Positions 1 through 13,990 of a stretch of DNA of 64,000 nt are shown piece after piece (within the stretch, counting starts at the first letter, position 1; the number at the start of each line of letters is the position of its first letter). Source of the stretch: Chiloscyllium plagiosum (taxonomy: Eukaryota); assembly GCF_004010195.1 (NCBI RefSeq), contig NC_057755.1, positions 1,477,306 through 1,541,305 on the forward strand, read 5' to 3'. Below the pieces are notes generated by a model that was given only the letters and a program-made list of their open reading frames with translations, did no database searches and was not told the origin of the DNA. Position numbers and translations under genes: made by a program.

Positions 1-1150
1 TTTCGAAGGCTTCCCATTACCCAGCTGTCCCTTTACCTGAGAACATTCACCCCCTATTTACTTTTGAAAGTTATTGCCTCAGATCGTCAAACTTGGCCTT
101 CCTCCAGTTTAGAAATTGAGCTTATAGATTCAAGTTCCAATATTCTAGTTCTAATTCGTTTGGAACCTGACTTAACTCTCGTTACATTGGAGCCAATCTC
201 GGGACCAGTAACTTGGCTGTTCGTGCTACATTCTTCTGAGAATCCATCATCCCTTACATTTTCCAAAACAGCTAATTGCTTGAGATGGGGATAGCCACAA
301 GAGCCTACTGCACTACCTATCTTCCTCCCCTACCTTTCCTGGAGGTAACATTATTCTATTTGTGATTTTACTGTCTTCCGATAGCTGCCATCTGGCACAC
401 CGTCGAGCTCCTATAAATTCCTCACTGCCTCTAACTGCAGCTCCAAACGATGATTGCGATCTGATAGGATTCACAGCCAAACAAACGTACTGTCGACATA
501 TGCATCAGTAATTTCCCACATCCGACAGGGAGTGCACATCATTGTACTAAGTCTCATCTTTGTACCTTAGTAATCTCGAGACCCGGAAAATAGCAGAGTA
601 TTACTGCTTTTAAATAACTCGGTTGCAGGCTAACTCAGTGTTTTTTAAAATATTTTAATCAAGAGGCACGTTTCAATAAACATACGACCAAAGAAAGTCC
701 ACCCTACTTACTACTGTAGATTTACAAAAAAGAAGTCAGTAAGGTTAGATTTTAAAAAAAAAAAACATGTTGTCACCTAATCCCGTGCTGGGCGCTCTCC
801 CACATAGCTTCCTCCGAGGTCAGCTGTGATTTTTGCTGTTTGTTAATGTTTCTCAGATGCATTCTGATGCCGAGAAATACATGAACTCAAATAGTGAAGG
901 CAGTAGCTATGCAGATTCACTGTTGCGTCAGATGGCAGGGTATGTTTCTTTCTCTCTCTGTGTCTGACCATGTGCTCGCTACCTTTGTGTCTCTTCCGTC
1001 TTTTGACAGAGCTGTTGTTCAAATGTTTCTCCCCCCGAAAATGCACAACAATGCAACAGCTTGTAAAACTCTAAATACTGTTTCCAGAATTCGTGAAAAT
1101 CAGTTCCAACACCTAAAATAACTCAGAAAAGGAGCACCTGTTGCAGCCAC
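1..1150 (-). mobile_element. CR1 (HER1-like) LINE remnant: short ORF2 piece joined to ORF1 region and 5' UTR
   Basis: Homologous to the CR1 5' regions at 31390-32720 and (inverted) 52980-54200; bases 1-120 match the CR1 ORF2 segment at ~4760-4880. Confidence 0.7.
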
Positions 1151-3252
1151 ATTTATTTTCAGTAGTCCATAAAGGATTATCCACAATTATCTGGTCACTA
1201 TCTTACAAAAACATGAGTGTTTGCATTTGAGAAGATGTAATTAGTCGATGGAGAATACGAACAGAACAGAGAAAGTTTTGTTTCATCATTAAAATCGTAA
1301 GCCACAATCTAACCCTCTCCATGATGATAAACTGAGGAACTCTTACCTCAATGAGCCTCTCATATTTTGGTTTCGAAAGTCAACATTTCGTTGTCATGTT
1401 TAGCAAATGTTCCAATTTTACTTGTGCATTGAGTTAACAAAGAATCCAAAATTCAAATGGGGACATGTGTCGTTTTTACTGCATTCTCTCCATTGTCTGA
1501 CTCAAATAGTTTTGAAATGTGCTTGTTGATAGTTCATGAATAAACTACATAATTCAAAACAACAGTTCGGTCCTGCAATTACTGAATACAATTGTTGCAA
1601 TCCATGTACAAACAACTATAATGTAGTAAATATCTGGTCTCCTTGACTCTGTGTTGTGTTCTAATCATATCAGGGGCTATTGATATTTGAACTGATCATC
1701 TGAATACACAGCAGTTCATAAACAGTACAAAACTTCACAACACTTCTTTAAAACAAAGTATTTCATTTTATGATGAAAATAATTGAGCAATTTAAGCAAT
1801 GTTACCATAACCACCAAATTCATAAATTCTTATTCTCCAATTTTTGTTAAAATTATTCCTCCCCATAAAAAATGCTTTGTGCATTGCAAAAATTTTGAAT
1901 CTATAAATATTCCTACAGGGAACTACTAGAAGGTATCCGCATGCCTCTGCAAGTCACTTTCACACTCCACAGTGTTCCAATGACACTTTATAATCGTTGG
2001 AAACGTACAGCGCAGATACAGATCATTCAGCCCACTAAGAGAATTTACTTTAACACTCCTCAGTCTTTCTATAATCACATAGAACGGCAGGAAATTTAGT
2101 GAGTAGAAAGTGGCTATTCATGTCTGCATCAATTGAGTATACTAGCTCCTGTTCTGATCCCATTTTCCAGCAACTGGTCCACAGGTTTAAAGGTTTCCTC
2201 ATTTCAGGTGCAGATCCAGGTTCCATTTCCGTGTATTGTGCGTTGCCACCTCACACACAAACCAAAATGGGAAGTGAATTCCAGACACACAATGAATGAA
2301 AGGGCTGGCTCTCATTTTCCCTAAAATCCTTCCATCAATTTTTCTCACTCTGTGTGTCCTGATAAAGATGTCCTGTGTTTGGGGTGACAAGTCTTCATGC
2401 AAGACCATGAATACTTTAGAGACCCCAATAATATCACCTCTCATTCTGATCTGTTCGAGAGAATATGACATTATTCATCTTTCCTCAATGATGCAGCAAT
2501 TTCCACACACTACCAACGTTCTTGTAAATCCTTTTTATTCTCTCCTCAGAACAATGCCGTCGTCACTATTATGTAATGACCAGTACTGTGCACAAAACCA
2601 CAACTTTGAGCAACACATGCAGTTCCCGTATTACATGGTTGGTATGGGTTGGGGGAATTGCTCTGATTAGGGTCTGGTGCAGAGAGACTAGTAACCTTTG
2701 GAGGTACAGTATGGAATTACATGCCAGTGTGGATTTCTGATCAGGGTCTAAGACATGAAATAGATCTGGAAGGGTATAGTTGGAGCGTAGTCTGATGATG
2801 TGTGGGGTTTGTTTATCAGTTCCTCAGGTGTTAGATTATGTTTTCAATATCTTAACGCCTGCTCAGATACCAGTTGATTAATTCCAGAATAAGGCAGAAC
2901 CCAGGAAGAAATCTAGCTTGATAGATCATAACCTTATTTCTTTTGATTTAACGAAATGATCACTTGCTGAGCCGTAAACACACAAAAAATCAGATATTCC
3001 TTCAACAATTAAACAGAAGTTTATCACAAATAAAATGATGATACAATTAGATAGATTAAAATTAGGTACTTATAATGTGGATTCAAAGGCAATGAGCATG
3101 CAGTAAATGCATAATCTCATCATTCTCAAAGCAATGCAAAAACTAAATGAAAGCTAATGACTTTTACATGTCACACCACGCCCAGTACCATTCCAAAGAA
3201 AATACCCCTCACATAATATTCACACTAGATTCCATGACATACCTAATATTTG

Positions 3253-3343
3253 CTGAAAATGTGTTGCTGGAAAAGCGCAGCAGGTCAGGCAGCATCCAAG
3301 GAGCAGGAGAATCGACGTTTCGGGCATGAGCCCTTCTTCAGAA
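3253..3343 (-). mobile_element. Short Penelope-like-derived insertion with minimal hammerhead motif
   Basis: Flanked by 14-bp TSD ATACCTAATATTTG (3239-3252, 3344-3357). Minus strand reads CTGAAGA-AGGGC-TCAT-GCCC-GAAA-CG-TC. Absent from the paralogous block near 34650. Confidence 0.75.
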
Positions 3344-3622
3344 ATACCTAATATTTGAACAATGATTTGTAACTGCTACTCTTAAACTGGAACTGCAGTA
3401 AACATCTTTCAGGAGATATAACGCAGCTTTGTGTCAATGCATTCATCTTTAAATATCTTCTTCAGAGCATTACTTTTAGTGTAAAGAGACGACTGTATAT
3501 AATGGTGTACAAGTCCAATTTTTAAGATTATTGTTTAAAGTACAATTTACAGAATCGACCAATGCACGGGCACAAGACTTGAAGGGCTGAAATTCATGCT
3601 GCAGTTACAAATACCGTATTAA

Positions 3623-6170
3623 AGTCATAGAGATGTACAGCACGGAAACAGACCCTTTGGTCCGACCCGTCCATGCCGATGAGATATCCCAACCCAATCT
3701 AGCTCCACCTGCCAGCACTCGGCCCATATTCCTCCAAAATCTTCCTATTCATATACCCATCCAAAAGCCTCTTAAATGTTGCATTTGTACCAGCCTGCAC
3801 CACTTCTTCTGGCAGCTCATTCCATAACCGTATCATCCTTTGTGTGAAAAATTTGCACCTGGGGTCTCTTTGAAATCTTTCCCCTTTCACCCTAAACCTA
3901 TGCCCTCTAGTTCTGAACTCCCCCGCGCCAGAGAAAAGACTTTGTCTATTTACCCTATCCATGCCCCTCATAATTTCCAAATACATTTGCATCTTTTCCT
4001 TCAGGATTCCCTCCAACAACTTGTCCACCACCGACATCAAGCTCACTTGTCTAACATTCCCTGGCTTGCCCTTACCATACTTCTTAAACAGTGGTACCAC
4101 GTTAGCCAAACTCCAGTCTTCTGGCACCTCACTTGTGACTATCGATGATACAAATATCTCAACAGGAGGCCCAGCAATCACTTCTCTAGCTTACCACAGA
4201 GTTCTAGGGTAGACCCAATCAGGTCCCGGGGATCTATCCACTTTCATGCGTTTCAAGACATCTCGCACTTCCTCCTCTGTAATATGGACTTTTTTCAAGG
4301 TGTCAGCATCTATTTTCCTGCAGTCTATATCTTCCATGTTCTTTTGCACAGCAAATACTGATGTCAAATACTTGTTTAGTTTCTCCCCCATTTCCTGCGG
4401 CTCCACACAAAGGCCGCCTTGCTGAACTTTCAGGGGTACTATTCTCTCCCTAGTTACGCTTTTGTCCTTAATGTATTTATAAAAACCCTTTGGATTCTTC
4501 TTAAATCCATTTGCCAAAACTATCTCTTGTCCCTTTCTTGCCCTCTTGATTTTCCTTTTAAATATACACCTACTGCCTTTTTACCCTTCTAAGGTTTCAG
4601 TCGATCAATCCTGGCGATACGTTACATATGCTTCCTTGTTTTTCTTAACCAAACCCTCAATTTCTTCAGTCATCTAGCATTTCCCATGTCTACTACCGTT
4701 TCCTTTCACCCTAGCAGGACTATACTTTCTCTGGATTTTCGTTATCTCATTTCTGATGGCTTCCCACTTTCCAGCCATCCATTTACCTGCGAACAGCTGC
4801 CCCCAATCAGCTTTCGAAAATTCTTGCCTAATACCGTCAAAATTGGCCTTTCTCCAATTGAGAACTTCAGCTTTTAGATCTGGTGTATTGTTTTCCATCG
4901 CCATTTTAAATCTAACAGAATCATGGTCGCTGGCCACAAAGTGCTCCCCCATTGACACCTAAGTCACCTGCCTGCATTATTTCCCAAGAATTAGTCACGA
5001 TTTGCACCTTCTTTAGTATGTACATCCATATACTGAATCAGAGAATTTTATTGTACGCACTTAGCAAATTCCTCTCTATCTAAACCCTTAACACTATGAC
5101 ATTCCCAGTCGATGTTCAGAAAGTTAAAATCCCCTCCATAACCATCCTATTATTCTCACAGGTAGCTGAGATCTCCTTACAAGTTTGTTTCTCAATGTCC
5201 CTCTGATTATTAGGAGGAGTATAATACAATCCCAATAAGGTGATCATCTCTTTCTTGTTTCTTAGTTCCACCCAAATAACTTCTCTGGATGTATTTCCAG
5301 GAATATCCTCCCTCAGCACAGCTGTAATGCTATCCGTCATCAAAAACGCCACTCCCCCTCTTCTCTTGCCTCCCTTTCTGTCCTTCCTGTAGAGTGTGTG
5401 TCCTGGAAAATTAAGTTGCCAGTACTGCCCATCCCTGAGCCATGTTTCTGTATTTGCTATGATATCCCAATCTTATGTTCCTAACCATACCCTGAGTTCA
5501 TCTGCCTTCCCTATTAGGCCCCTTGCATTGAAATAAAATCAGTTTAATTTACTAGTCCTACCTTGTCCCTGCCTGCCTTGACTGTTTGAGTCGCTTCTGT
5601 TCTCAACTGTACCAATCTCAGATTGACCTCTTTCCTCACTACCTCCCTGTGTCTCTCCCCTCCACCTCATCACCCCACAAACCTTCCTCGTTTTTTTATC
5701 CTCCTGAACAGCTCTGCCAAATTTCCCTGCCAGTATATTAGTCCTCTTCCAATTTCGGTGCAATCCATCCTTCTTCTACTGTTCACGTCTACCCAAAAGT
5801 GATTCCAAAGATCTAAAAATGTGTATCCTTATCCCATACACCAGTTCCTCAACCATGCATTCATCTTCTCTGTCCTCCTATTTCTACCCTCACCAGCGTG
5901 AGTAGTCCAGATATTACTACTAACGAGTACTTCCTTTTTCAATTCCTGCCTAACTCTCTGTAATCTCCTTTCAGAATCTCAACCATTTTTCTTCCTATGT
6001 TATTGGTTCCCATGTGGACAATCACCTCTTGCTGTCCCCCTCCCCCCGTGAGAACATTCCGCACCCTCTCTGTGACACCCTTGATCCTGGCACCAGGGAA
6101 GCAACACAATATACTGATTTTTCGTTTCTGGCCACAGAAACGTCTGTCTGTACCTCGGACTGGGGAATTC
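3623..6170 (-). mobile_element. CR1 LINE, internally deleted, decayed (ORF1 C-terminus, APE endonuclease, part of RT, 3' tail)
   Basis: Minus-strand ORF fragments VPEDWSLANVVPLFKK, KNPKGFYKYIK, SPGPD, ASDHDSVRF and EVIWVELRNKK are typical CR1 ORF2; 3' tail ...CTCTATGAC at ~3623. Confidence 0.9.
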
Positions 6171-6647
6171 CATCTTGGATCAACACGAATTTTTCACGCC
6201 AATGTAATGCAGTTGACAATCGCTCGCATTCCTTTTTCTTCAGCACAAATCAATACATCCACTCTGTACAAGGTCTCACAAGGACGAAAAAAACGTCTAA
6301 GGTGAACATAAAAGTTTCTCCGTTAAGGATCTTTTCCTCATTTTCAGAATTCACACCTCCAACAAATCGTTGACGCTCGGTTTCTACCATGTTGGGTTGC
6401 AAAATATTAAACCTAAACAAAAGTTCATAGTTGCACATAACTATTCAGCCTATAGCAAGACGTGAAAAGCAGTTTCTTTCAAAACAAATTGCTATGGTTG
6501 AAGAAATATCTGCAAGTTAACTATTAGCTTCAGAGCTACAGTGAACTCCGCCACTAATTTACTCAAAAACCAGAACCAAACTCACTCATTATGTTATTGC
6601 ACTGTTCACATGAGAATACCATCGTTTATGTTTTATTTCCAAAGTGA

Positions 6648-7522
6648 CTACCGCATGTACTTTTGTATAGGTCGAATTTTTAAGACTATTTTAAAATTTC
6701 ACTTTTAAGAATCGGCTAATGCACGGGCACAAGTTTTGAAGTGCTAAACTTCACGCTGCAGTTACAAGTAACGTATTATTAGCAAAAGGCAATTTGATCG
6801 CATAACTTATCCTGTTTCAAGAAGAAAAACACAATGAATTAAAGTCAAGGTAATTACCGGAGAAAAGCAAGTACAAAAATTTAACATTTTGAAAATGTAT
6901 TGAAATCCTATAAAATCTCACTGTTCAACATCGTCATGGACTGATATAACGACACAATTAAAATGAAACATTTATTAAATACTGAATGTGGAAGCGTCTT
7001 GAACTTTCCCGTCAACTTATTGCATTTCCCTCTCATTTATTTTCATCTTTTATGAACCTCAACAACGTTAACACATTTGTCAAACAATTAAAGATATAGC
7101 TAATATATTTCACTTTTATTCAGATATAATGGCACAATTAAAATGATTGCCTTTTTGGTTGCATGGTGAACAAAGTGCAATAAGTACCAATAGACTGAAC
7201 GAATGAACGAATCAAATTGTGTTGGACTAAACCAAGTACAGTAAGTAGAGTTATGAATTAATTTTTCAATTAATTAATTAATAGAGTTGTAATGTAGGAA
7301 ACAAAGAGTGATGAGCAGAATTACGGGTATGAATGAATTACTGCGATTATTAAAATTGGATTAATGCGATCACGCAGTTTTCATTATAAGAGGTTTATCG
7401 TGCAATATAATAGGGTTTAATTATCCAAGAGATATATGGAAAGCACAAGATTGTTTGGCCAAAACAAAGAGGTCAACTCATACATGAGATTGACCTATTC
7501 ACGACATATATGCGAGTATATT
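6648..7522. mobile_element. Non-autonomous Tc1/mariner (pogo/Tigger-like) DNA transposon remnant; a second left-end fragment at ~3492-3620
   Basis: Ends resemble degenerate TACCGTA-type TIRs (ctaccgcatgtac...tataggtcga / ttgacctattcacga...gcgagtata). AT-rich interior; the block is missing from the paralog near 35280; 3500-3620 is a direct repeat of 6660-6780. Confidence 0.5.
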
Positions 7523-8594
7523 CCTTAATTACATCAAAACTCTCTGTAGTCCCCAGTTGAAATGAAGATTTCATGAAGGGTCTCACAAGAGATAATTAAT
7601 TGTGCAATGGAAAGTTTAATTTCCGAGGCAATTCTTTCCGAATCTGCAATTATATGTTTTCCACAAGGTCTCTGTACCTGAGACTCAATCACTAATTAGC
7701 TGCCCCTGTGTGACCTTGGCTTCAACATTCCCATATATCATTGTCAATTTCAGAGTGAAACCGCAGATAATCCTCAGACAGATTCACACAAATGCAATCG
7801 TGCAAGGCACTGACCAGGAATTGTTACAATCAGAAGCCCCGTATCAAATATTTTCAACATCTGATGTAACAAAGAATGCATTTTCTGCGTGAAACTCTAT
7901 GTGCAGGCAATTTCTCCACACTAAATGCCGAGGTGATATCATCCCAAAGTTTTCATTTGTACCAATTGACATCGGATGGGGTCTGTCATATTATAACTTG
8001 GATCAAACAGGTGACAATGGCGAGTTAAATAGCAAACATTGCAAAACGCATAGTGAGTAAAATCATAGAATACTTGCAGTGAGGAAGAAGGCCAATCAGT
8101 CCATAGAGTCCACTCCGACCCTGCAAAGGACATCCCACTCAATCCTACCCGTTCTTCCTGCGAGGCAGTAGGGCTCTTGTGTATTGGAGCTATTCCTATT
8201 TATATGTCAACACTGTATTAGTTCATGTTGAAGTTGTGACTCGCTCCAGAACATTAACAATAGTGTCGCAGACTATGTGGAGCTGCTGCTGAACTCGTCT
8301 AGCACTTTGGGATGGAACTGCAGATCCAGCGCTGGCCCGGCGGGCGGTAGCCCTGAGCAGCGGGGATCACGTGTTAGCAGTTAGGGAATTATTCGGCTGG
8401 GACACCTGGTCTCTGGTTAATTTGGGGTGGAACACACATTCTGCAAGTGTGTTATTGGGTATGTCTATGCCAACAGGCCACTCAAGTATTGAAAACTAAG
8501 CAATGCTTTGTCCATTGAATTAAAAACCAAATCTGCCAGTGAAATGTTCAAGTCTCTCGCTATTTGTTCACCTGTTGAACAGTATTTTCAATAA

Positions 8595-9560
8595 CTCATT
8601 CCATACATGCACCACCCTCTGTGTGAAAAGGTTGTCCCTTAGATCCCTTTTAAATCTTTCCCCTCTCACTCTAAACTTATAGCCTCTAGTTTTAGACTCC
8701 CCCAACCCAGGGAAAACACCTTTACAACATCCTTGTAAATCTTTCAGGAATCTTGTCAAGATTTGCAACATCCTTCCTATAGGAAGGAGACCAGAATTGC
8801 ACACAATATTCCAAAAGTGGCCTAACCAATGTCCTGTACAGCCGCAACATGACCTCCTATATTCAATGGTCTGAAGGAAAACCTACTAAATGAAGGCTTC
8901 ACTATCCTATCTACCTGAAACTCCACTTTCATGGAACTATGAACCTGCACTCCAAGGTCCCTTTGTTCAGCGAAATTCCCCAGAACCTTACAATTGTGAA
9001 GGGCCTGTGCCCGAAACGTCGAATCTCCTGTTCCCTGGGTGCTGCCTGGCCTGCTGTGCTGTTCCAGCAATAAAGTTTCAACTTTGATCTCCAGCATCTG
9101 CAGACCTCACTTTCTCCTGGTTGTGACTTATCCCTTAATACCTACGCTTAAGAAAAAATCTACCTCAGATTTAAAATTGATCCAGAATCTATGCTATTTG
9201 TGCAAGAGAGTTACAAAATTCCACTAGCTTTTCCGTGTGGGAGTGCTTCTGAACATCTCTCCTGAGTACACTGAGCAGAATTCTCAGACGATGCCCTTTG
9301 TTCGAGAAACCCAAAACACAAACCTTTATTTACTCTGTCTCCTAATTTCTAAAGAAACAAGGCATTATTTGTACAGTCCCAACTCATAAATAAATCCTTA
9401 ACATTCAGCCATCATTTTTGCAAATCCACACTGTGCTCCCTCCAAGGCCAATATATCATTCCTAAAGTGTGGTGGCTGATTTTGCTCATAGTACTTCAAG
9501 TGATATCTAAGAGAGATTTTCTACAACAGCACCAAGACCTCTGTGACTTTATATGGAATG
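8595..9560 (-). mobile_element. CR1 3' fragments, interrupted by a Penelope-like piece at ~8996-9118
   Basis: ORF pieces ESKTRGYKFRVRGERFKRDLRDNLFTQRVVHVWNEL and EQRDLGVQVHSSMKV. The insert gaagggcctgtgcccgaaacgtcgaat...gacctcactttctcc belongs to the same family as 3253 and 35990. Confidence 0.75.
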
Positions 9561-10547
9561 AGAGCTTCACTAACTAGGTTAGTAATTAAAGCCCATTCCA
9601 GAGGGCATTTGAGATTCAACCACATATAGCTTATAACAGGTAAGGATGACAGTGTCCTTCCCTAAAGGACATGAGTGAAACTTTACTTGTTGATCTTTTT
9701 TCTCCTGGAAAGTATTGAAGTAAAATAATTAACCAGTGTGTTGACTGTTGCCCTGTGGACATTGCCAATATCCCCTGTAAACTTCTTTTCCATATGATCT
9801 GATCGACGTGCTTGTTTAGTAGGCCTCAACATGACACTAATAGTGAGATGCAGCTTATTATCTTTGAAATGTGAGATGGATAAATATACAACTTACAAAA
9901 CCAGCCTTTCCCTCTCATTTCCCGAGTAACATTCCAGTTCTGAAATGTCTATGGACACAAACCAGGTTATAGGCTTGGATTACAGCTCATCGAACTGGAG
10001 ATGGAGCTGTTCTTCCTACTCCCAAGGTTCCAACTTTGTTTTCCTGTATTCTCTGGAGTGTGCTTGGTATCTCTCTGATTTGACTGGCTTCTTTAAGCAA
10101 TGATGTGGAGGTGCTGGTTTGGACTTGAGTGGACAAGGTCAGACGTCAGATGACACCAGGTCATCGCCTAACTTAATTTAAACCACAAGATTTCGTGTGA
10201 TATCTGACATTCTTTCAGCTCTTTATCCAGGTGATTTTCGATTGCAGTAGCTTAGCAGTTTTATTAAATAACAACGTAATTAGCATAACTTAAATTAAGT
10301 TTGTATCTCAGGAAGTGTGTTACGTAAGACAGTGTTTGATATTTTAAGTTTCCAATTTTAATTGACCTGTCTCAAAAATAGTTCTCCTGAAAGTCAGCCC
10401 TTGGTCCACACCAAAGCTTACGACAACGTCTCATCAACAAGCCGTTCAATGAATATTAAAGATGAGGGATTGTATATCTGTCTGGCTTGATGTCAATTTC
10501 ATTGTGAATGCTGCAAGCTTCCTGGTTTTATATCTCAGTTCCACTGT

Positions 10548-11462
10548 TTTATTAATACAGATTCAATGTGATGAATCAAGATAACGGAATTGTGTACGTA
10601 GGCCTACCACACCAGTGCCACTACCAACACAGTGATTCCTTTTCCAGGTTCACAACGCTGCTGCTGCAGACACTACTGATGCCACCTTCCTTCACCGTCA
10701 CCGCCATAAGGATCAGTAGATAAAGGTAACGACGTGATAGAAAAGTAAGAAGCTATGGCCAGTCTGGTGATCGGAAGTGAGCCTAAATGCTGTATAAATT
10801 AACACCACCGCCATCAGAGAAAAAACAATCACCACGAAGAGGCAAAGGCAATTGACAAATATCCGAGTGTTTCACCTGTAAAGTGAGACTAGAAACATTG
10901 GATTTCGTTTCAGTCAATCCACCAAATTCCAGTCGGTGTTCTTCTCTCACCAATGCCTCCTGCTGGCCTGCAAGGGAACATGGCACCTGAAGGTGAAACT
11001 GTTAATTCCAGAAAACATAGAGGAGCTAAAAAGGGATTGTACAAGTTGAACAAACATGAAGCCCCCCTCCCCGTACCACCACCTTTGAGTTACCATCAGA
11101 CGTGGAATCTGTCAAGGGGAACATCAAGGGGAATTTTATATTCATGGGTATTGTAAAGGTGAAAGAAAGACGGAGAATACTCCACAAAATTGAGTAGGAC
11201 CTACTCCTTTTGCAGACGGTTGGGGTGGATGTCACGGATTATCTTCGGAGGTGCAGAACCAGTAAACTTCATTCTTTACTCCAGAAGCTGCAAAGATAAT
11301 CTCTCAGCCCAGCGCCGCACTGTGGAGAAGGGAGAAATGTTCTCATGTTTCTTCTTCTAGCAGATGCACTGGGAGATAAATGTGCTCAGCAGCCAGAAGA
11401 AAGAAAATGGATCGGTAACGTTACATAATCTGAGATCCTGAGCATCTGCAAATCCATTTATA
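10548..11462 (-). pseudogene. Possible decayed compact multi-exon gene for a small membrane protein (speculative)
   Basis: Non-repetitive stretch with TATAAA (11462-11457), four polypyrimidine-AG acceptors, GT donors, micro-exons of 15 and 17 nt, a hydrophobic segment IFVNCLCLFVVIVFSLMAVVLIYTAFR and AATAAA (10553-10548). In-frame stops are present. Confidence 0.3.
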
Positions 11463-11529
11463 CCAGACTGCATGGCATGAAGTACACTCATTGCGGTCCC
11501 TCAGTCATTAATATCCTCTCTCACGGATT

Positions 11530-12110
11530 TCACAGGCGACTGCACATGGGAGAGGCTGGACCAACCGTTATCTCTGAAAAATATGACAAAACCCCCCGAG
11601 TCCTTAAACAAGAGTAAATTTCCCCGAAGTGATGGCTTATTGGCTGAGTTGGGTTCACTCTGTGGAACTTAATTGGCCAGGACCTGTTGGTGGTGTATGG
11701 CAGTCTGCTTCTAACAGGTAGTCTCCGTGATTTCACAAGGAAAGGTATCTACCCCCTCATCAACAATCAGAAAGGGGAGTGAGACGACTGATGATCACTT
11801 TCATCGTTGAACGTAGATGTAAAATCCCGGTCTAAGTCATTGCCAACCAGATCAAATCTCTGCTTTGAGATCAGTGAATTACACGGACTAAATCATATCT
11901 GTACCAGGCAGGATGATCCTGAGAGCCTCACACGCCTCATGGATGCGATCATGTATGTGCAGGGTAGGGGAGATAGAAGCCTGTCTCATCAGCCTGAACC
12001 AGGAGGAGGCTTTTGACATGATATCGCTTAGCTAACTGTGGAATGCACACTCCAAAATGGGCTTTGGCGAGGGAATACGCTAACCAATCTGACTACTCCA
12101 CACAAAAGCC
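11530..12110 (+). mobile_element. Tx1/L1-clade LINE reverse-transcriptase fragment, highly decayed
   Basis: Frameshifted translation gives IANQIKS...CTRQDDPESL..LMDAIMYVQ...LISLNQEEAFD...SKMGFGEG, matching the Tx1 RT motif series (IANR, SLDQEKAFD, KMGFG). Confidence 0.7.
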
Positions 12111-13289
12111 ATTACTGCAGCTTCAATGAAAGGTTGGGAATCAGAAAGCTTCCCGACCAAATCCGGAGTCAGGCAGGGCTGCGTACTCTCACGTTTCCTT
12201 TTCTATTGTTTACCTGGAAGCACCTGAATAATTGTTGCAATGTATTCATACATTTCATCCTCTTTAGCCATTGTCTATTCACTGAGAATCTCTTTACTAA
12301 GGTCCATCAACCTATTATTGCACAATTATACATTAATTCAATATTGAGATTCAGGACCAGAGTTTCAGACTTAATTTCTTCATTCTCCATCTTAATAAAC
12401 AATTTGAGCATTTTATGATCACTCTTCCCCAATACAAATATATTGGTAAATCTTGCTATTGCATTGTGTCCGTTGTTTTCTTAGATAATCGAAAGCTGGA
12501 TAACACTGTTTAACGAAGTATTTGGACCTTGCAATCTTGATGGATAATCCAATATTCGGTTAATAGAATGTGGGATAATCGAGGTTTGTTAAATGATACA
12601 TGATGCTATTTCATTGTGTCCTTACTTTTTGGAGAAAGCATATTAAATCGCTACATGCTTATATCTGTGCTCTTGTATAAACTCAATGCTGAGAGATACG
12701 ACAAGTTAATCGTTTCAGTGCGGTATTTCTGTCCAAATATCCCACATATCATTACAAATGATAAATAATAAGGGTGAGCTTTCGACTTTAAATGTGTCAC
12801 TGAATGCATCCATTATCAAGGATCTCCTAAAAATGAAAACGTCGAGCTCCTGAAGGAACTCTGCCCCTGAATCTGTGGGGCATGTGAGGGAAGTGTTTGG
12901 TCCTAAAGACTAGGATTCTAAAGCACAATATCTTTATGGAGGTACCAATCATTTCTGTTGCTTTTCTCTTTGACTCACAGATTTTCTGTTTCCAGTAGGC
13001 AGCTTCATTTTCTCCCTAATTGAGTTTGATCCTCAACGGTTACATAACCTCCAATCAATACGGATCCACTTAGCAGAATGAGAGTGCACTGGACATATTG
13101 CAGAGCTGACTCTGAGGCATACAGGAGCTGTGCAGTAGCAGACATGGATGATTCATTCACTGTTGCCTGCAGTGTACTGCACATGTGCAGTCAAGAAACC
13201 TAGCATAACTGACTCATGACATGATGGAATAGTTTAAAGGGAGATGTGGAGGTGAGATCAGGAGGGACTTGAACACAGAAACATGCCGA

Positions 13290-13990
13290 ATTGTCAACTC
13301 CCTAAAATGTTTGAACACTGGTCAGTATCATCACTAAGTCCTGTAGTGATGGGGAAATATGCCTTCGTGTGAGGACTGGTAAAGTTGGAAAAACAGGAAG
13401 TGGGATCAACATTTCATTTTTATGTTCGAGTATTACGTTTGTGGATAACACATAACATTAGGTGACCCAGTAAAAGAGAAAGAAGACATGGGAATGCTGA
13501 AAAGAGGAAGGGCAGATCCAGTGTGATTGAGGAAGACATAGCCTGAGCAACATATAATGGAGAAATGTGAGGCATTCCGCCTTTGCTTCAGCCTTGGAAA
13601 GACTTCAGGCCTCAATAAATTTCTCGATGTTTTTCCTTGCCCTAAATAACGAAGCAACAAGATGTCTTTCTGTCCACACAATGCTCGCGCTTTCCATTAT
13701 TCTCCTGAAAACTTTACTTCCCTCAGATCGTTCTGAATTCCAGGAACTGATGTCATTCAGACCCTCATCATTGAAACCTGACTCACCAGCTATTATTCTG
13801 GTCAATGGATGCTGTACTGAAATCGACATGAACTCCCTGTGCCCACTCTTTTGTTGTTGCTTCCTTTCTATAAATTCAAGCGACTGCTGCGTTAACATCA
13901 CGTGACAACGGTGAACAAACCTAAAATTGCTGACTGACTCTTTCAGAAGCATCAGCCCTCACATGACAGAGTCCAGAATAGAAAATTGCC
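13290..13990. mobile_element. Two ancient CR1 ORF2 fragments in opposite orientation
   Basis: Plus 13430-13600 resembles FADDTKLGG..ED..LQ..MEKCE; minus 13605-13900 VQHPLTRIIAG..GFNDEGLN..KVFRRIM resembles the CR1 C-terminal VQRRFTR..GLSYEERL..EVFKIM. Confidence 0.55.

Noticed and set aside
10595..10665. CACAGTG heptamer next to a GSGT J-like motif
   Set aside because: No nonamer at 12- or 23-bp spacing and no F/W before GxG, so it is not a supportable RSS or J segment.
10783..11110. V-set Ig-like reading (CTI..VFW..RLEF..SSLTLQVKHSD)
   Set aside because: No YYC or second cysteine, two stops, and the SLTLQ text coincides with a splice-acceptor tract. The micro-exon model fits better, though a decayed Ig domain is not fully excluded.
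13605..13952. 115-aa minus-strand ORF that superficially resembles a CARD/death-fold domain
   Set aside because: Better explained as an ancient CR1 ORF2 C-terminus (VQHPLTRIIAG ~ VQRRFTRLIPG); its paralog at 47500-47790 reads MQQRFIRM and is frameshifted.
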